Source: Bugula neritina
Lineage: Eukaryota > Animalia > Bryozoa
Length of the DNA: 64,000 nt
Reading direction: 5' to 3'
NCBI GenBank assembly: GCA_964035545.1
Contig: OZ037771.1
Coordinates: forward strand, 11,846,480-11,910,479
The position numbers and the translations under genes were made by a program. Under the pieces are notes generated by a model that did no database searches, was not told where the DNA came from, and was given only the letters and a program-made list of their open reading frames with translations. Shown here in pieces: positions 1 through 13,838 of this stretch. Numbering within the stretch: the stretch's first letter is position 1; the number at the start of each line of letters is the position of its first letter.

Positions 1-32
1 CTATGAGCAGCCCCCTATGAAACCACATTTAA

Positions 33-230
<198 letters not shown>

Positions 231-3059
231 TGATTTTGGGTTGCTGACAGGTTTTCAACTTTTTTATGATAGCACTAAGTGTACTCAAGCAAATAATTTC
301 TAACAGCTACCAAGCTGGTAGAGTGGACAACTCTATACTCACTAAAAGTAACTCAATTTAAATTGTACGCAAGTTATGAAAACAAATTAGGGAGAATTGG
401 CAAACGGGAACAAATGAAATAGTGCTTCTATATATAATAGCATTAAATATGTTTTACCGCAGTTTACCTGCAGTGAGTAGCAAAAAGAAGTCACACGTTT
501 TGATTCACTTTATTTCACACAGTAATATCTTGTATTAATTATATTATTACTTATAGTGGTTATTGTATACAACCTAGCATCATTAAGTTATAGCAGGTTT
601 TTAACAAAATATATTTTGACGTGGGTATAGAGAAGGGCTTTGAATTTAAACAAACCAGACGAAATTTTCCCATATATAAAGATTATAAATATATTTACAT
701 TCATCATTATCAGTAATATCATTATAGCAGCTAGCTATGATATAAATCTCAGCTGTATGAATATTCTCAAGAATCAGAGTGCTCCTTCACAGCAGCATTT
801 GGTAGACAAGTTTTCGATACAGTAGTTGACATGTTGAGTGTCTGCAGTGAGACTAGAAGTAGAAGTGTCTGGGTTTACTGGATGTTTATACTGTTCTGCA
901 GAGTCTATACTATCATAAAAAGACTCCCAGTCAACATAGTGAGCATATGTTCTTGTTCATAATGATTAGTTGTTTTAAGAATCTTCTGTTTACAATGGTC
1001 AAGAACTATAACGTTGTACAAAGAAAACTAATTACAGACTCATTTACATAAGGGAACTTACTAAAAAATGGTCTCTGCATTGTTTACACTGTCTGTTTTA
1101 AATATTAGCAGATAATTTCCAGGTTTTACAGAATTTTGTACTCACACGGTGGACACGCAGACATGTTGGACAATCTAGACGTTGCTGAAAAAAAGAGAAA
1201 TAACATAAATTGTAAATAAAATTGGAAGTAAAATATATTATATGAAATTCACTATAATATTATTATTTAGGATATAAGACATTTTAATGGATAAATATTA
1301 TCTACTAGCATCTGATCATGTTTGAGCTACAATTTTCTATAGCATTAAAGCATGAATAGCTGCATGCTGTACATTAAATAGCTGCATGATTGGGAGATGG
1401 TAATAAAATTAGGTTTAGACTACAAACCTGCGTCAATTGGGTGATAGAGTACTAGATCACATGTTCAAGACTTGCTAGATAAGTGTTAGTTTTACACTGA
1501 GCAGCAATATTAAATGTAAACTGAAATGGAAACACTACCTTAATATATGACAGATGCTAAAATTGAAAAGACTTTATAATTTATGTCAAATTTTTATACT
1601 TTTACTAGCAAACTTCAGTTTTTTCATGCAATATTTTAATAGAATAAAAAAAATATTATAATAACGTATACCACTATACTTTTACTAAAGAAATTTTTTG
1701 AAAAATGTGCATTGTAAATAATAGGAATTTAAAACACTTGCTATTTCTTCGCTATATATGATACAAATATTATGTAAAAATACTTTCACTTATATATAAG
1801 TAGAAGTAATTATGACTCATTAATATTAACTTATATTTTATATCATTGCAGAAAACTTGACATTAAAGGATATTTCAGTGCATGTTTCTATAGGGTGACT
1901 GACGAACCTGATTATTTGCTATAATAAATATTTGTATATGGTGTAAATATTTTCTCCCCAATAATTTAACTATCCTATAACAGCAACCATATATATGTTA
2001 CAGCAAAAAATAAGATTCTCAAATTATAAGAGTAATTTTCTTTGATGAGATGACTGTATTACAAAATGTCATTACAATAGATTATTATTGAAAAAAATGT
2101 AATTTAAATAGAGGCATATTACACACGTAATTCCAACTTTATTTTAAATATTTTGACTCAAAAGCACCAGATAAACAAAATTGTGAAAACAATGGTGTAA
2201 TCTAGATGTTTAAAAAAGGTTTGTTGAGTTGGTAAAAGTAAAATTCAAATTGACCGTCATCACATATTATAGTTGGTTCTGACATTAAAAATTTTAAGGG
2301 CTCAACGCTGATGGTCAAATGTTAATATATATTCATGTGAATGCATAACCATAAATAGGTTAGCTTAGAAAATGTATGTAAAAAGTTAGAAAATTTATAT
2401 GAAAGCTTATATAATAGTTATTCTAATTATAGATTTACTAGCATCTAACTCAATTTTATATCTGACACCATTATATATGATGTCCACTATACATTTAAGT
2501 GAATCAATGTTTTTAAAGGATTTACAGAATTTGCACTTTAGTTTTATTGGGTTACTCAACAGACTGCGAAATAGCACGCAAATCACTTAGCAAAATAATG
2601 TTGTGCAGGCTGTGCTTGGCAATAGTTTTTAATAGACGTTTCCAGTTTGATTAGCTCTTTTCATTGCAATTAAAATGATTTTTGCCATCTATATTAGAGT
2701 AAAAGGTTATATATAGAATAGATTAAATATAGCATAATTAGAATATAAAATTTTTCTAGAGAAATAATTTTTTATTTTCTAATAAAAAAATACTTTTGAA
2801 CCACAGTGTCACCTGCAGGAGAATTTGGTTGAAAATGGGTTCTTCAAAACACTTTGTTTGCACTTATCTCCCATGTGTTTGCACACATTGATACAAGAAC
2901 AGAGCATAGAGGCAAACTACGAAGAAGTTTATTATTTACTATTACTCAAGTGAAATCAACCACAATTGTATTAGGTATATAATTATGTATATCATCATGA
3001 CTTCCAATGCCTGATATTCTTTTGAAGGACTGCCTATATTAACGCATGTTTATAGTTGC

Positions 3060-3247
3060 CTTCCCTGAGAGAAATCCCTGTTAGAAAAGGTTTTCTGTTA
3101 ACTCGGACTAAGAACTTATTCAAATGGATACCAGAAACAGTTATATGACTGGTTGCTATTCCTGACATTACCAATGGTCTTTGTGGTTTGGACCCATGAC
3201 TTTGTGTTCACTTATTGTCAACGCTCTAACCCCTAGACCAGAGCTGC
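3060..3247 (-). mobile_element. tRNA-derived SINE-like repeat (degenerate)
   Basis: Minus strand has an A-box-like TGGTCTAGGGG (3240-3230) and a B-box-like GGTCCAAACC, then a GTCAGGAATAGCAACCAGTCATA core. The core and tail recur at about 25130-25250, 26040-26180, 26810-26935, 42160-42260 and 43017-43190. Confidence 0.6.
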
Positions 3248-4052
3248 TAAAAATTACTTGAATATCCAAAGCATATTTTACAGGTGTAGCTAAAATTTGT
3301 TGAATACAAACAGTCAACAATATTTCACAAACAAAATTATTTGGCAAAAACAAAAGTCAATGCATCTGTGAAAATGCCAGAAAAAAATCATTGAAACTGC
3401 TGTCACATTAATTGAATATACATAACATATACAATATTATATGATTGTACTGAAGTTTTCTGTAGAAGCATGACATATTTGATAATTATAAATATACTAA
3501 TTACATATTAGGATATAGCTGGCTAATGATTGTAAAACTAATTTCCTGCAGTGTGTATGGTCAGCACCACTCGTAATATAATTTACACTTTGCACTTGCC
3601 CTCCTCAAGTACTTCACAATGCAATATGCTGCTATTCATGAGAATATTAGTATTGCTTGCTTCATTCCAACGAGAATTATGGTGTAGTTATTAAACAATG
3701 TAACAAGTGATTACACTTCTCATCCTGTTAATTCAAATTTATGATTTTCCTGTTCTTGTAGTTTGTTAGTTAACATAACGCAAGCAGAGTAATGCCATGT
3801 CTGCATCATCAATACTTGTATCATTTTTGACTTGATACGCACACACATTTTAAAAGTTTTAGAGGCCAAAAACAGCATAATATTGTTGGACTTTAAAATC
3901 AAATCGCTTTCAAAAAAGAAATTTTATGGGAAGCATCAGCAATTTGTATGCCGATGTCACTGACTTTTGTGTAGACTCAATACAGAGACACACACACACA
4001 CATACACCCATTTGCATGCACGCATGAAAACACACACTGCATATTATATATG

Positions 4053-4118
<66 letters not shown>

Positions 4119-4159
4119 GTATATATATATGTATATATATATGTATATATATGTATATA

Positions 4160-4242
<83 letters not shown>

Positions 4243-4341
4243 AAATGAGTGTTTATAAAACATTACTAGAGTGCTCTATAGAAATAAATCTAGAGCATAA
4301 ACATTAGAAGAAGTAAAATGAGATTTGATTAATATAATGGT

Positions 4342-4394
4342 ATTTATTACTAGTAGTTTCGTACACAAGAACGATGTGCACTCGTCAGATAAAT
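4342..4394 (-). ncRNA. Type I hammerhead ribozyme, intact core
   Basis: Minus strand reads AUUUAU (stem I) CUGACGA GUGCACA-UCGUUCU-UGUGUAC (7-bp stem II) GAAA CUACUAG UA^ AUAAAU (stem I'). All core nucleotides are present, with a GUA cleavage triplet and a short quasi-palindromic stem III. Confidence 0.85.
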
Positions 4395-4413
4395 TAGCCA
4401 CTATATATTAGCC

Positions 4414-4480
<67 letters not shown>

Positions 4481-4482
4481 CA

Positions 4483-4523
<41 letters not shown>

Positions 4524-4529
4524 ATATAT

Positions 4530-4596
<67 letters not shown>

Positions 4597-4609
4597 CATA
4601 TATATATAT

Positions 4610-4652
<43 letters not shown>

Positions 4653-4672
4653 CCTTTAATATTTAGTGGCTA

Positions 4673-4725
4673 ATTTATCTGACGAGTGCACATCGTTCTT
4701 GTGTACGAAACTACTAGGAATAAAT
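4673..4725 (+). ncRNA. Hammerhead ribozyme copy, probably inactive (GUA to GGA)
   Basis: Inverted copy of 4342-4394, identical except that the cleavage triplet at 4717-4719 is GGA (U16.1 to G). Confidence 0.75.
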
Positions 4726-4757
4726 GCCATTATATTAATCAAATCTCATTTTACTTC

Positions 4758-4905
<148 letters not shown>

Positions 4906-4906
4906 C

Positions 4907-4940
<34 letters not shown>

Positions 4941-4941
4941 G

Positions 4942-5013
<72 letters not shown>

Positions 5014-5045
5014 CATATATATATATATATACATACATAATATAT

Positions 5046-5122
<77 letters not shown>

Positions 5123-8100
5123 CATATATATATATATATATATAGTGACCTTTAATATTTATCTGAACATTAAATGGCTGGGCTTTTCTAAGAATTCTCC
5201 AGGATATTGTGAAGTCTAAGCCTCTGTCTTTTAGAGACCAGATGTGTTTGCTTAACTCAGTTCGTAAGCGTTTGGTAAGGTGCCATTACTAAAAGCTGTC
5301 AGCTGTGCTTATGGGAAAAATATTTTATTCTTTACAAGCCACAGTTATCTTCTCTTAATAAACGCAATTACTTTTTATCCATATGCAGACATAGCAGTAT
5401 ATTCCTACTCAAGAATGCTGTGACATAGCCAATTATATCCAATTATGCTACTCTTTGTTATATTTTAATCCTCTAGCTTTATTCTTCCCTCTTCTCTCTC
5501 CCCCTTTCTCTATTAAAACTGGTACTAAAGCCAAACTTTAGCTTTAAATTATGTCGGACGGCATTATATATATGCATATAAATATTAGGCATCATACCTT
5601 ACTTTTAAATGTTTTTGGAGGTAGGTTATAATTTATAATATTGATTTATCTAGAATAGAGCGGTCATATGCAAATGCTTTTCGTTGATTAATTTTCAGTA
5701 AAATTATATTCCAAAGAATGTAATAATGTACTCTATAATATACTTTGTAGTGATTCTGTTGGTTATAATATTCCTCAAAAAGGTTTCAGCAGCTAGTGAG
5801 TCTGATGTGATTCTTTCATATTATAATTATTAAAGCTAATTATTCTATACAAGGTTGAACCTTTGTATAAAAAGCAAACTCATTAAAAATTAAAATTTTG
5901 GCTGCTGCTTAGAATTTAAACTATGTTATAGAGTTGTAATTTTAGGTGATAGATAATTTGGTACAAGCACACATATATTATCAGTTCAAAAAATTTCTAA
6001 AAATATTTTTTCATGATAATTTTGACAGAAATAATCATTTATGTGATTTTGGTTAACGGTACTGAGCAGTGCTAAAGTTGCACTTAAGCAAATTAAAGCC
6101 TCAAAAATGAGTTAAAGCCTTCTAAAACTACAGTAGTTTATTTTGGTTAATTGCATAGTTGACTATAATGTGCACCACTGCATTTCTATGAGGGTGAATG
6201 AATGCGTACGGATGCTTGTACGGGTTACATCAAAGAAAAAACCACAAGTTTCTATGCAATCCGTACAAAGTTTTCTTCTTTTTGCCATTGTGCTAGCTGA
6301 ATTCAAATTTGAAAATAATATGGCTAACTTTGAGTCAGTGTTCATGCTCAACGACAATGTAATTACTGCTTTAACTACCATTTTTGCTCGATTAAATTTA
6401 TTAAATACACAAATTTGGAATACATCTATTTTAAATTAAAAAGAGCACAAACCAATGAAAATGTATAGGTAAAGTATTTTGCAATGAATAGGCCTAAACT
6501 AAAGCCATAGAGTAGCCTAATTTAAATTTTCAAAATGAAAACAGCTGTCGACTTATTTTTAGCTTGGCAATGCTTTGGCAAAATTTTATACAGTTAAGAT
6601 GATAGCAGCTAAGATAATTAAAATAGTTTAAATTGTTATGAGCTGAAGTGCACTTTAACGTAGGTTGTAACTTATAATTATTGTTTACATCGCGTAACTA
6701 TGTAACTAGCCGTCGCAATCGCTGATGCCTGCCTCCATCACAAAAGGTTTTACTCGTTTTAACTAAAAGAACCATTTCTATCATTTGCATAATGCTAAAG
6801 GAATTTTTTATTGAAGGAGCTGTTTGATTGAATTTTTGACTGCAGTTTTGCTTCAGTGCAACTAGTTCCATTGAGCGAAAGAAAAAATCCATTTGCATAA
6901 TGCGGGATAATGGAAATGCAGTGATTAATTAGGTGAATTTTTTAAAGCACTCTTATGCATACATTAAATAGGTTTTTACTGTGACATGTTCTATGAAAAA
7001 TTCACTCTTCAGTTTATTATTAGAAAAATTCTAATTATAGGCATATACAATGAAAAAGCAGTCATGTTGAAATGCACAGCTTAGCTGATCTTTACAACAC
7101 CAAGCACGTAGTTGCTCAAAATGACATGCCAATAAATCAAAATGTAAACATGAGCAACTGTCACTGAGCTGGCTATTGACCAGTCATGTGAACGATTACT
7201 TGAGGTAACACTGAGTTGAGATTGACCGAGTGCAGTATCTGAAGTTTGGGATTTGGAGCTCTGACAACAATGTCTATATATACAAATACTCCACCCAGTC
7301 ACACCCAACCTAGTGCTAGCTGTACTGTATAGACTCCTGTCATAGTGTAACCTCACATTAAATTATGTAACAACCAAGCCATATGTATAACACCAACAGA
7401 GCAATTATGTGAAACAACTGAGGCTACTTTGTGAAATAATTTTATGATACTCTTATACTTGGGATAACTTTATCTATCCTGTGAAATGGCTATGACCATC
7501 ATACCAATTAAATTCTAAATTATAGTGTATGCATGGCACTACATACAATACAATGACTAATTAATTTTAGTTCTGCTTCTCAATACTGACACATTATGCT
7601 CATGGTATTTTTATACTATTCAATCTAATAGTTGTATGCATATACATAATATATGACATATTATTAATCTTACTTCAAAAAAAAGCTACACTTATATAAT
7701 ATTAAACTGTGTCATTTTGCAAAATATGAATTCTGTCACAAAATAAAAGTTTATAATAGCAATAGTTTTGCATAATAAGTTTATTTACATAAAGTTTTTA
7801 GAAAAAGCAATTTCTAACAATGTATCATTTAAAACAATCGTTGTTTGAAGTTTCCAAAAAGCATGCACAGACTTACAGAACCTTTTGAAACTCTCTTAGT
7901 GCAATGAAGGAATCATGAGCTGCAGCTCGTATATATCCTGGTCTGGTATGTTATCTAGTGTGATAATTTGCCAAACAGCATTCAATATACCTAACTTTTC
8001 TACAGAGTATAGATACTGTACAGCAATATCCTTTACTTTACTTTTGACGTGCATTTGATAAATTACTTTTATTATTTCATGGTACTTGAACTCTGCTATC

Positions 8101-8232
8101 TAATTTAATGCTATGTATAAATCAGATTAGGAGAATTACATAATAATAAATCATTGCTTGAAATTTTTGCATTACAAATTAATTGTCCCAGCAAGACAAA
8201 ATCAAAAATTTACTCAGTCATGTGTGTAATGA

Positions 8233-10948
8233 TTATGTTCTAGGCTTCTGACCAAGCAACAGGAATACATTAAGTCTGTATGTTAAGGGATCATCTATGT
8301 TTTCAGTGCCATATGCTTTCATTATTCTAAAACATAATGTACAAGTCTCATGGTCAGGTAGCGGGCACAAAATTCATTATACATAAGGTATATCATTAGT
8401 ATATATGCCTTTAATTATTAATATCAATGCGGCAAATTCTATAGTAGCTTCTTGAAAATAAAATACCTTTTCTTGCAGCTTTCCCACCAGCATTTGATTT
8501 CTGGTTGTTTGAGAAAATTTTTTGCCAAAGATGTTGTTTCATGGAAGTGAAAGAAATTACTAATAGTTGATGTTACGGAAAAGTAAAAGTCATCGATTCT
8601 GAAAATCAATATGAATCACATTAACCAAATCATGTTCAAAAAATAAATACTTTTCTTAGAAAAATAAAAACATGACAGACATTACACAAGAAACATGTCT
8701 TATTGTTGTTGTAAAACAATTAACCACACATTTGGTCATATTTGTAGCTTAGCATATTATTTTGCTAAAACAACCCTAAGTTGAGGAACATCCTTATATT
8801 GAACTATATATAATGTATTGAGGATAGAAACTTGGCATTATTACATTGATAGACAATGTGAAAGTTGATCTACAAACCAAACCAGAAGTAATAAAACTCA
8901 GGAAGTTAGAGTTATCTTCCAGTGCTTGAGCTTGCACTAAAATAAAAGTTCACCTTTCAGACTCAGGATAGGGAATTTGAATGTCAGAGTGTGTATATCT
9001 GTTGAATGACAGCTGATGGTTCTTTGCTTTGTATGCCTGATTTTCTTCAGAGTTTAGCCTGTCTGTTATCTATAATCAAAATGTAAACATAATTATAATT
9101 AAAATAGTTTGGCTGCAGTTTATGTAATTTACCATGTTGATGTAAATAATAGATTATTTTAAAACGTTAAAAGTTAAGTGAAATTTTTGGGTAGCCATTG
9201 GCTTTACAAGCAGAGAAACAAAGCAATCATCTACATACTAGAAGTTTATAATAGGTCACACAAAAAAAACTTATTTAATCTCGCAATTATTAGCAAGGCA
9301 AAAATTCTACTAGTACTAAGTTAAGCACCAATTAACATAAAATTCATGCTTACAGTGATTACAAATTATTGATAATCATTCATCAAATTATTACCCAATT
9401 TAACGCAGATAAGTTTAAATTGTTTTGATGTATAAAGTGGTAATATAAAAAGTTGGGGGCAGTCATGTGCAGTTCTATATCATATGCATGTGAGGTAAAA
9501 CACGTCAAGTTAGAAAGCAAACTCTTTAAAAAATAAATTATAGTTAAAATAACTTTCCTCTTTAACCACTTTGTTGATTTCATCAGATTGTGAATGATTC
9601 ACAACCAGCAGCAAAACATCATAGCAAAAGGCAGCAACAACGCCTCCAGGAGCCAGAACTCTGTCGCATTCTTTGTAGAATTTCTCAAGGTCAAACCAAT
9701 GTAGTGCCGTAGCTGCTTGTATTAGTGTTACAGAGTTGTTTTCTACTGGTAACTTTTCAGCTGCTGACAATCTATCATAAAACCCTGGTTATTATGCTGA
9801 TTTTAGTATGATTTGCTCAGGATACGACAAATAAAAAGCAATAACAGAATGATACAATATAGTATAAAAGAACAGGCATAACTGCTGTTGATAAACCATT
9901 TGTTACTTCACCTGTATTCAACATTACTGTGTTTGTTGTTAAGAGTTGCCTGCTCTATTTGGGATTCACTGATATCTACTCCAATTACTTTATCAAAGTA
10001 TGGAGCTAAACATACTGTAGACATCAGTCCTGGACCACACCCAACATCCACAGCTAGAGGGTATTTTGTAGACTTCCCAAACTGCAGTTTCAAAGTATAT
10101 ATAACAGTTTTCTTAATTACTATTTTATGTAAAAATTCAGTCATTCCTAATCATACAATCACAGGACAATAGTAAATACCTACTAAAGAGCAATTGTGCT
10201 TCTGATTAAACAATTATTTGTATGCATAATAATAAATTTGAGATATTTAGATTTGAATACTTAGAATTGAAAGTAGAAAATGTGGGTAGAATAACTAAAT
10301 TAAAACGTCGAAAGAATCATTTGGCGAAAGTCCGACCAAGTTTCAATTAAATTATTGCTCACAATAAATTTGATTTTATAGTATAATTAGTACCTATATG
10401 TTTTTGTACTGTCCATCAGTTTGAAAGTTGTAATTGTGACATTATATGGTAGAAAGGATAAGCAACTTAACAAAAAGCTGTCATCTATAAAATTTGCTAG
10501 AATTTTGTAAGTTCATTTTTTACCTTTTTCTGATGCATTTACACATGTCCTTTTCAAGTGTGTTTATATTAACCTAATTCAAGTGACACATGCAATGGCC
10601 AAATAAACCAGTAAACTAAAATAATCATGATTATTAGACTTATAGTCATGACAATATTATACTGATTATGGTTCCAAGCCATTGAATAACATTGTAGTTA
10701 CTACTTTTGAAGTATATATTGTCAACTCTTTAGTGATACACAACCATAAAATGATGCAGCAAAATAACAGTGTGTAATTCAATTGTACCAGTTTAATTAT
10801 CCTACAAACCAAATATTGAAGGTAATCAAGAGATCTATTGTACCTTGTCTTTCACAAAATTGATTATTAAGCTGAACAACTCTGGTGGATACTTTGGCCG
10901 ATATTGTCTGTATTTCTCTGCAGCCTGAGTAGTTCTTTCAGAAGCCAT
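8233..10948 (-). CDS. Methyltransferase copy A: class I SAM-dependent Methyltransf_11, TMT1/CRG1-like, about 276 aa
   Basis: Exons 10948-10844, 10081-9912, 9771-9558, 9069-8954, 8598-8467 and 8326-8233 join in frame (831 nt, no stop). Motifs are YRQYRPKYP, AVDVGCGPG, GVDISESQI, AEKLP..NSV, ALHWFD, RVLAPGG, WW and FLLLGQKP. All splice sites are canonical except the intron-3 donor (GAAAGT). Confidence 0.8.
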
Positions 10949-11139
10949 CTTTGCTCTCACAGCAGTATTTCCACTTGATACGGATCACTAAACATCACGT
11001 GTTTGCACACGAAAGCTTGCTTATTGGTTGAATTCGACAAAGAATTGACACTCTGAACAAATAGTTTCTCTCCTAATTTAAATCTGTAGAAGTATTTCAA
11101 AGTTGTAACTAGCTTACTGTTTATATCTGTTATGTTAAT

Positions 11140-12950
11140 AGACCACTTAAAATACCATAAAACCAACTTCAAAACTACTCCAACCTGCAGACTAATAAAT
11201 CAATCTAAGCCAGAACTAGACAAGATAAGCAAGCATATCCTCGACAAAATTAACACTAAAATCACTGATAAATTATGCCTAAACCAATGGAAGAGCACGA
11301 ACTCAGTACTTAACTGGTTTAATAACATAAAAAATAAAAAACCACACTTTCATTGAGTTTGACATTGTTGGCTTTTATCCATCCATCACATCTGACCTAC
11401 TAAGTAAATCACTAGACTTTGCATCTCTTCATGCACAGATAACGCAGGAAGAGCGGCAAATTATCATGAATATACAAAAAAGTCGCTCTTATATACAACA
11501 AGGGTGAAGTGCGGAGCAAAACTGCAACAGATTATTTATTTGATGTAACTATAGGGAGTTACGATGGAGCAGAGACCTGTGAACTTGTCGGCACATTTCT
11601 CTTACACCATGTGACCAGTAAGCATGGCTCCAATTTTAGTTTATATCGAGATGGTGGTTTAGGTGTCTTAAAATCTTCGGCTAGAACCATTGAAGCTACA
11701 AAAAAGAACATATGCAAAATTTTCAAACAATTTGGATTAGGAATCACAATTGAGGCAAATAAAAAAACAGTAAACTTTTTGGATATCTACCTCAATCTCA
11801 CAAACGGGATCTACCAACCATATAACAAGCCAAACAACATCCCCACATATGTTCATGCAAAATCCAACCACCCAAATCTGTTATTCGTAACATTCCAGAA
11901 TCCATAAATAGATGACTCTCATCCATCTTATCCAGCTTTACCACTTTCAATAACAACACAGCAATCTATCAACAAGCACTCATTAAAAACAGATAAAATC
12001 ATAAGCTAAATTTCCACACACCCACACAAGGCACAAAGAAACCAAACCGTAGAAGGACGGTAACATGGTTCAACCCTCTTTTTAGTGAAACTGTAGCTAA
12101 TAACATCGGCAAAGAGTTTCTCAAAATTATTCGTGGGGAGTTTCCCCCAGTCATGAACTCTACAGAATTTTTAATAGTAAAACATTAAAGGTGTCATATA
12201 GCTGCATGCCCCATATATAGCAGCAATCATAAACGGCCACAATAAGAGAGTACTGAAGTCAAATGAACAGGAACATCATACTAACACCCTCAAGCCATGC
12301 AACAGCAAAATTAAAAAAAATTGCCCACTGAGTGGCTAGTGCTGTACCGAGGCTGTTGTTTACCAAACAACAGTCAACAACAACAACACAGTAGCAGAGA
12401 CATACGTGGGACTAATTTAGAACCAGTTTAAATTCCTGAACTATAATATCATACAGCCAGCTTTAGGAACACCAGTAAAAAAAACTCAACTGAGGTGGGC
12501 AAATATATGTGGAAGTTAAAAAACAAAAACATAGCTTATACGATAAAGTGGAAAATTTTAGCCAAAGAACAACCATGCAACAAACAATAACTACTCTGCA
12601 AGCTGTGCCTGATAGAAAAGTACTCCATAATATGCAAGCCACAACTATCCTCACTAAACAGCCGCAATGAGATCATAACAACATGTAGGCACGCTAGAAA
12701 GCTCCTTTTAGAGAATGTGACTTAATATTTCAATTTCTTAATTACTTTCATTTTATCTATACCTATTTATTTTAATCTATTGGCTTTAAGGCTTTTACAG
12801 ACATTTCTCATATATATATATATATAGCATGTTTTTTTATTCTTGTTATATTACATCTTAACATTTTATCTGAAGATTGTGTATATACGATGCACATGAA
12901 ACTAATAGTAATAGACTTTTCTAAATCATATTTTATCGTTCATTACTTTT
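11140..12950 (+). mobile_element. Penelope-like retroelement (RT plus C-terminal GIY-YIG), 5'-truncated and frameshifted
   Basis: RT motifs CRLINQSKPEL, FDIVGFYPSI, FDVTIGSYDGAETCELVG, YRDGG (degenerate YRDD) and VNFLDI. Linker TWFNPLFS...KVSYSCMP and a CNxxxxxxCPL knuckle. GIY-YIG-like VVYQ...YVG, then a C-terminal TCRH..LL stop at 12725. The 3' end carries an HHR followed by microsatellite. Confidence 0.9.
12865..12915 (+). ncRNA. Type I hammerhead ribozyme at the end of the Penelope-like element
   Basis: UUUAU CUGAAGA U UGUGUAU-AUACG-AUGCACA U GAAA CUAAUAG UA^ AUAGA. GUA triplet at 12908-12910, with a U-U pair at the base of stem II. Confidence 0.75.
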
Positions 12951-12984
12951 ATATATATACATACATGTAATATATACATACATA

Positions 12985-13838
<854 letters not shown>

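Noticed and set aside
6072-6660. Possible TTAA-type MITE and the ORFs at 6143-6439
   Set aside because: The putative TIRs are too short and degenerate, and the ORFs have no recognisable motifs.
7081-8000. ORF 7081-7356 and an exon-like segment at 7877-7990
   Set aside because: No homology recognised, and the exon-like segment has stops in all three frames.
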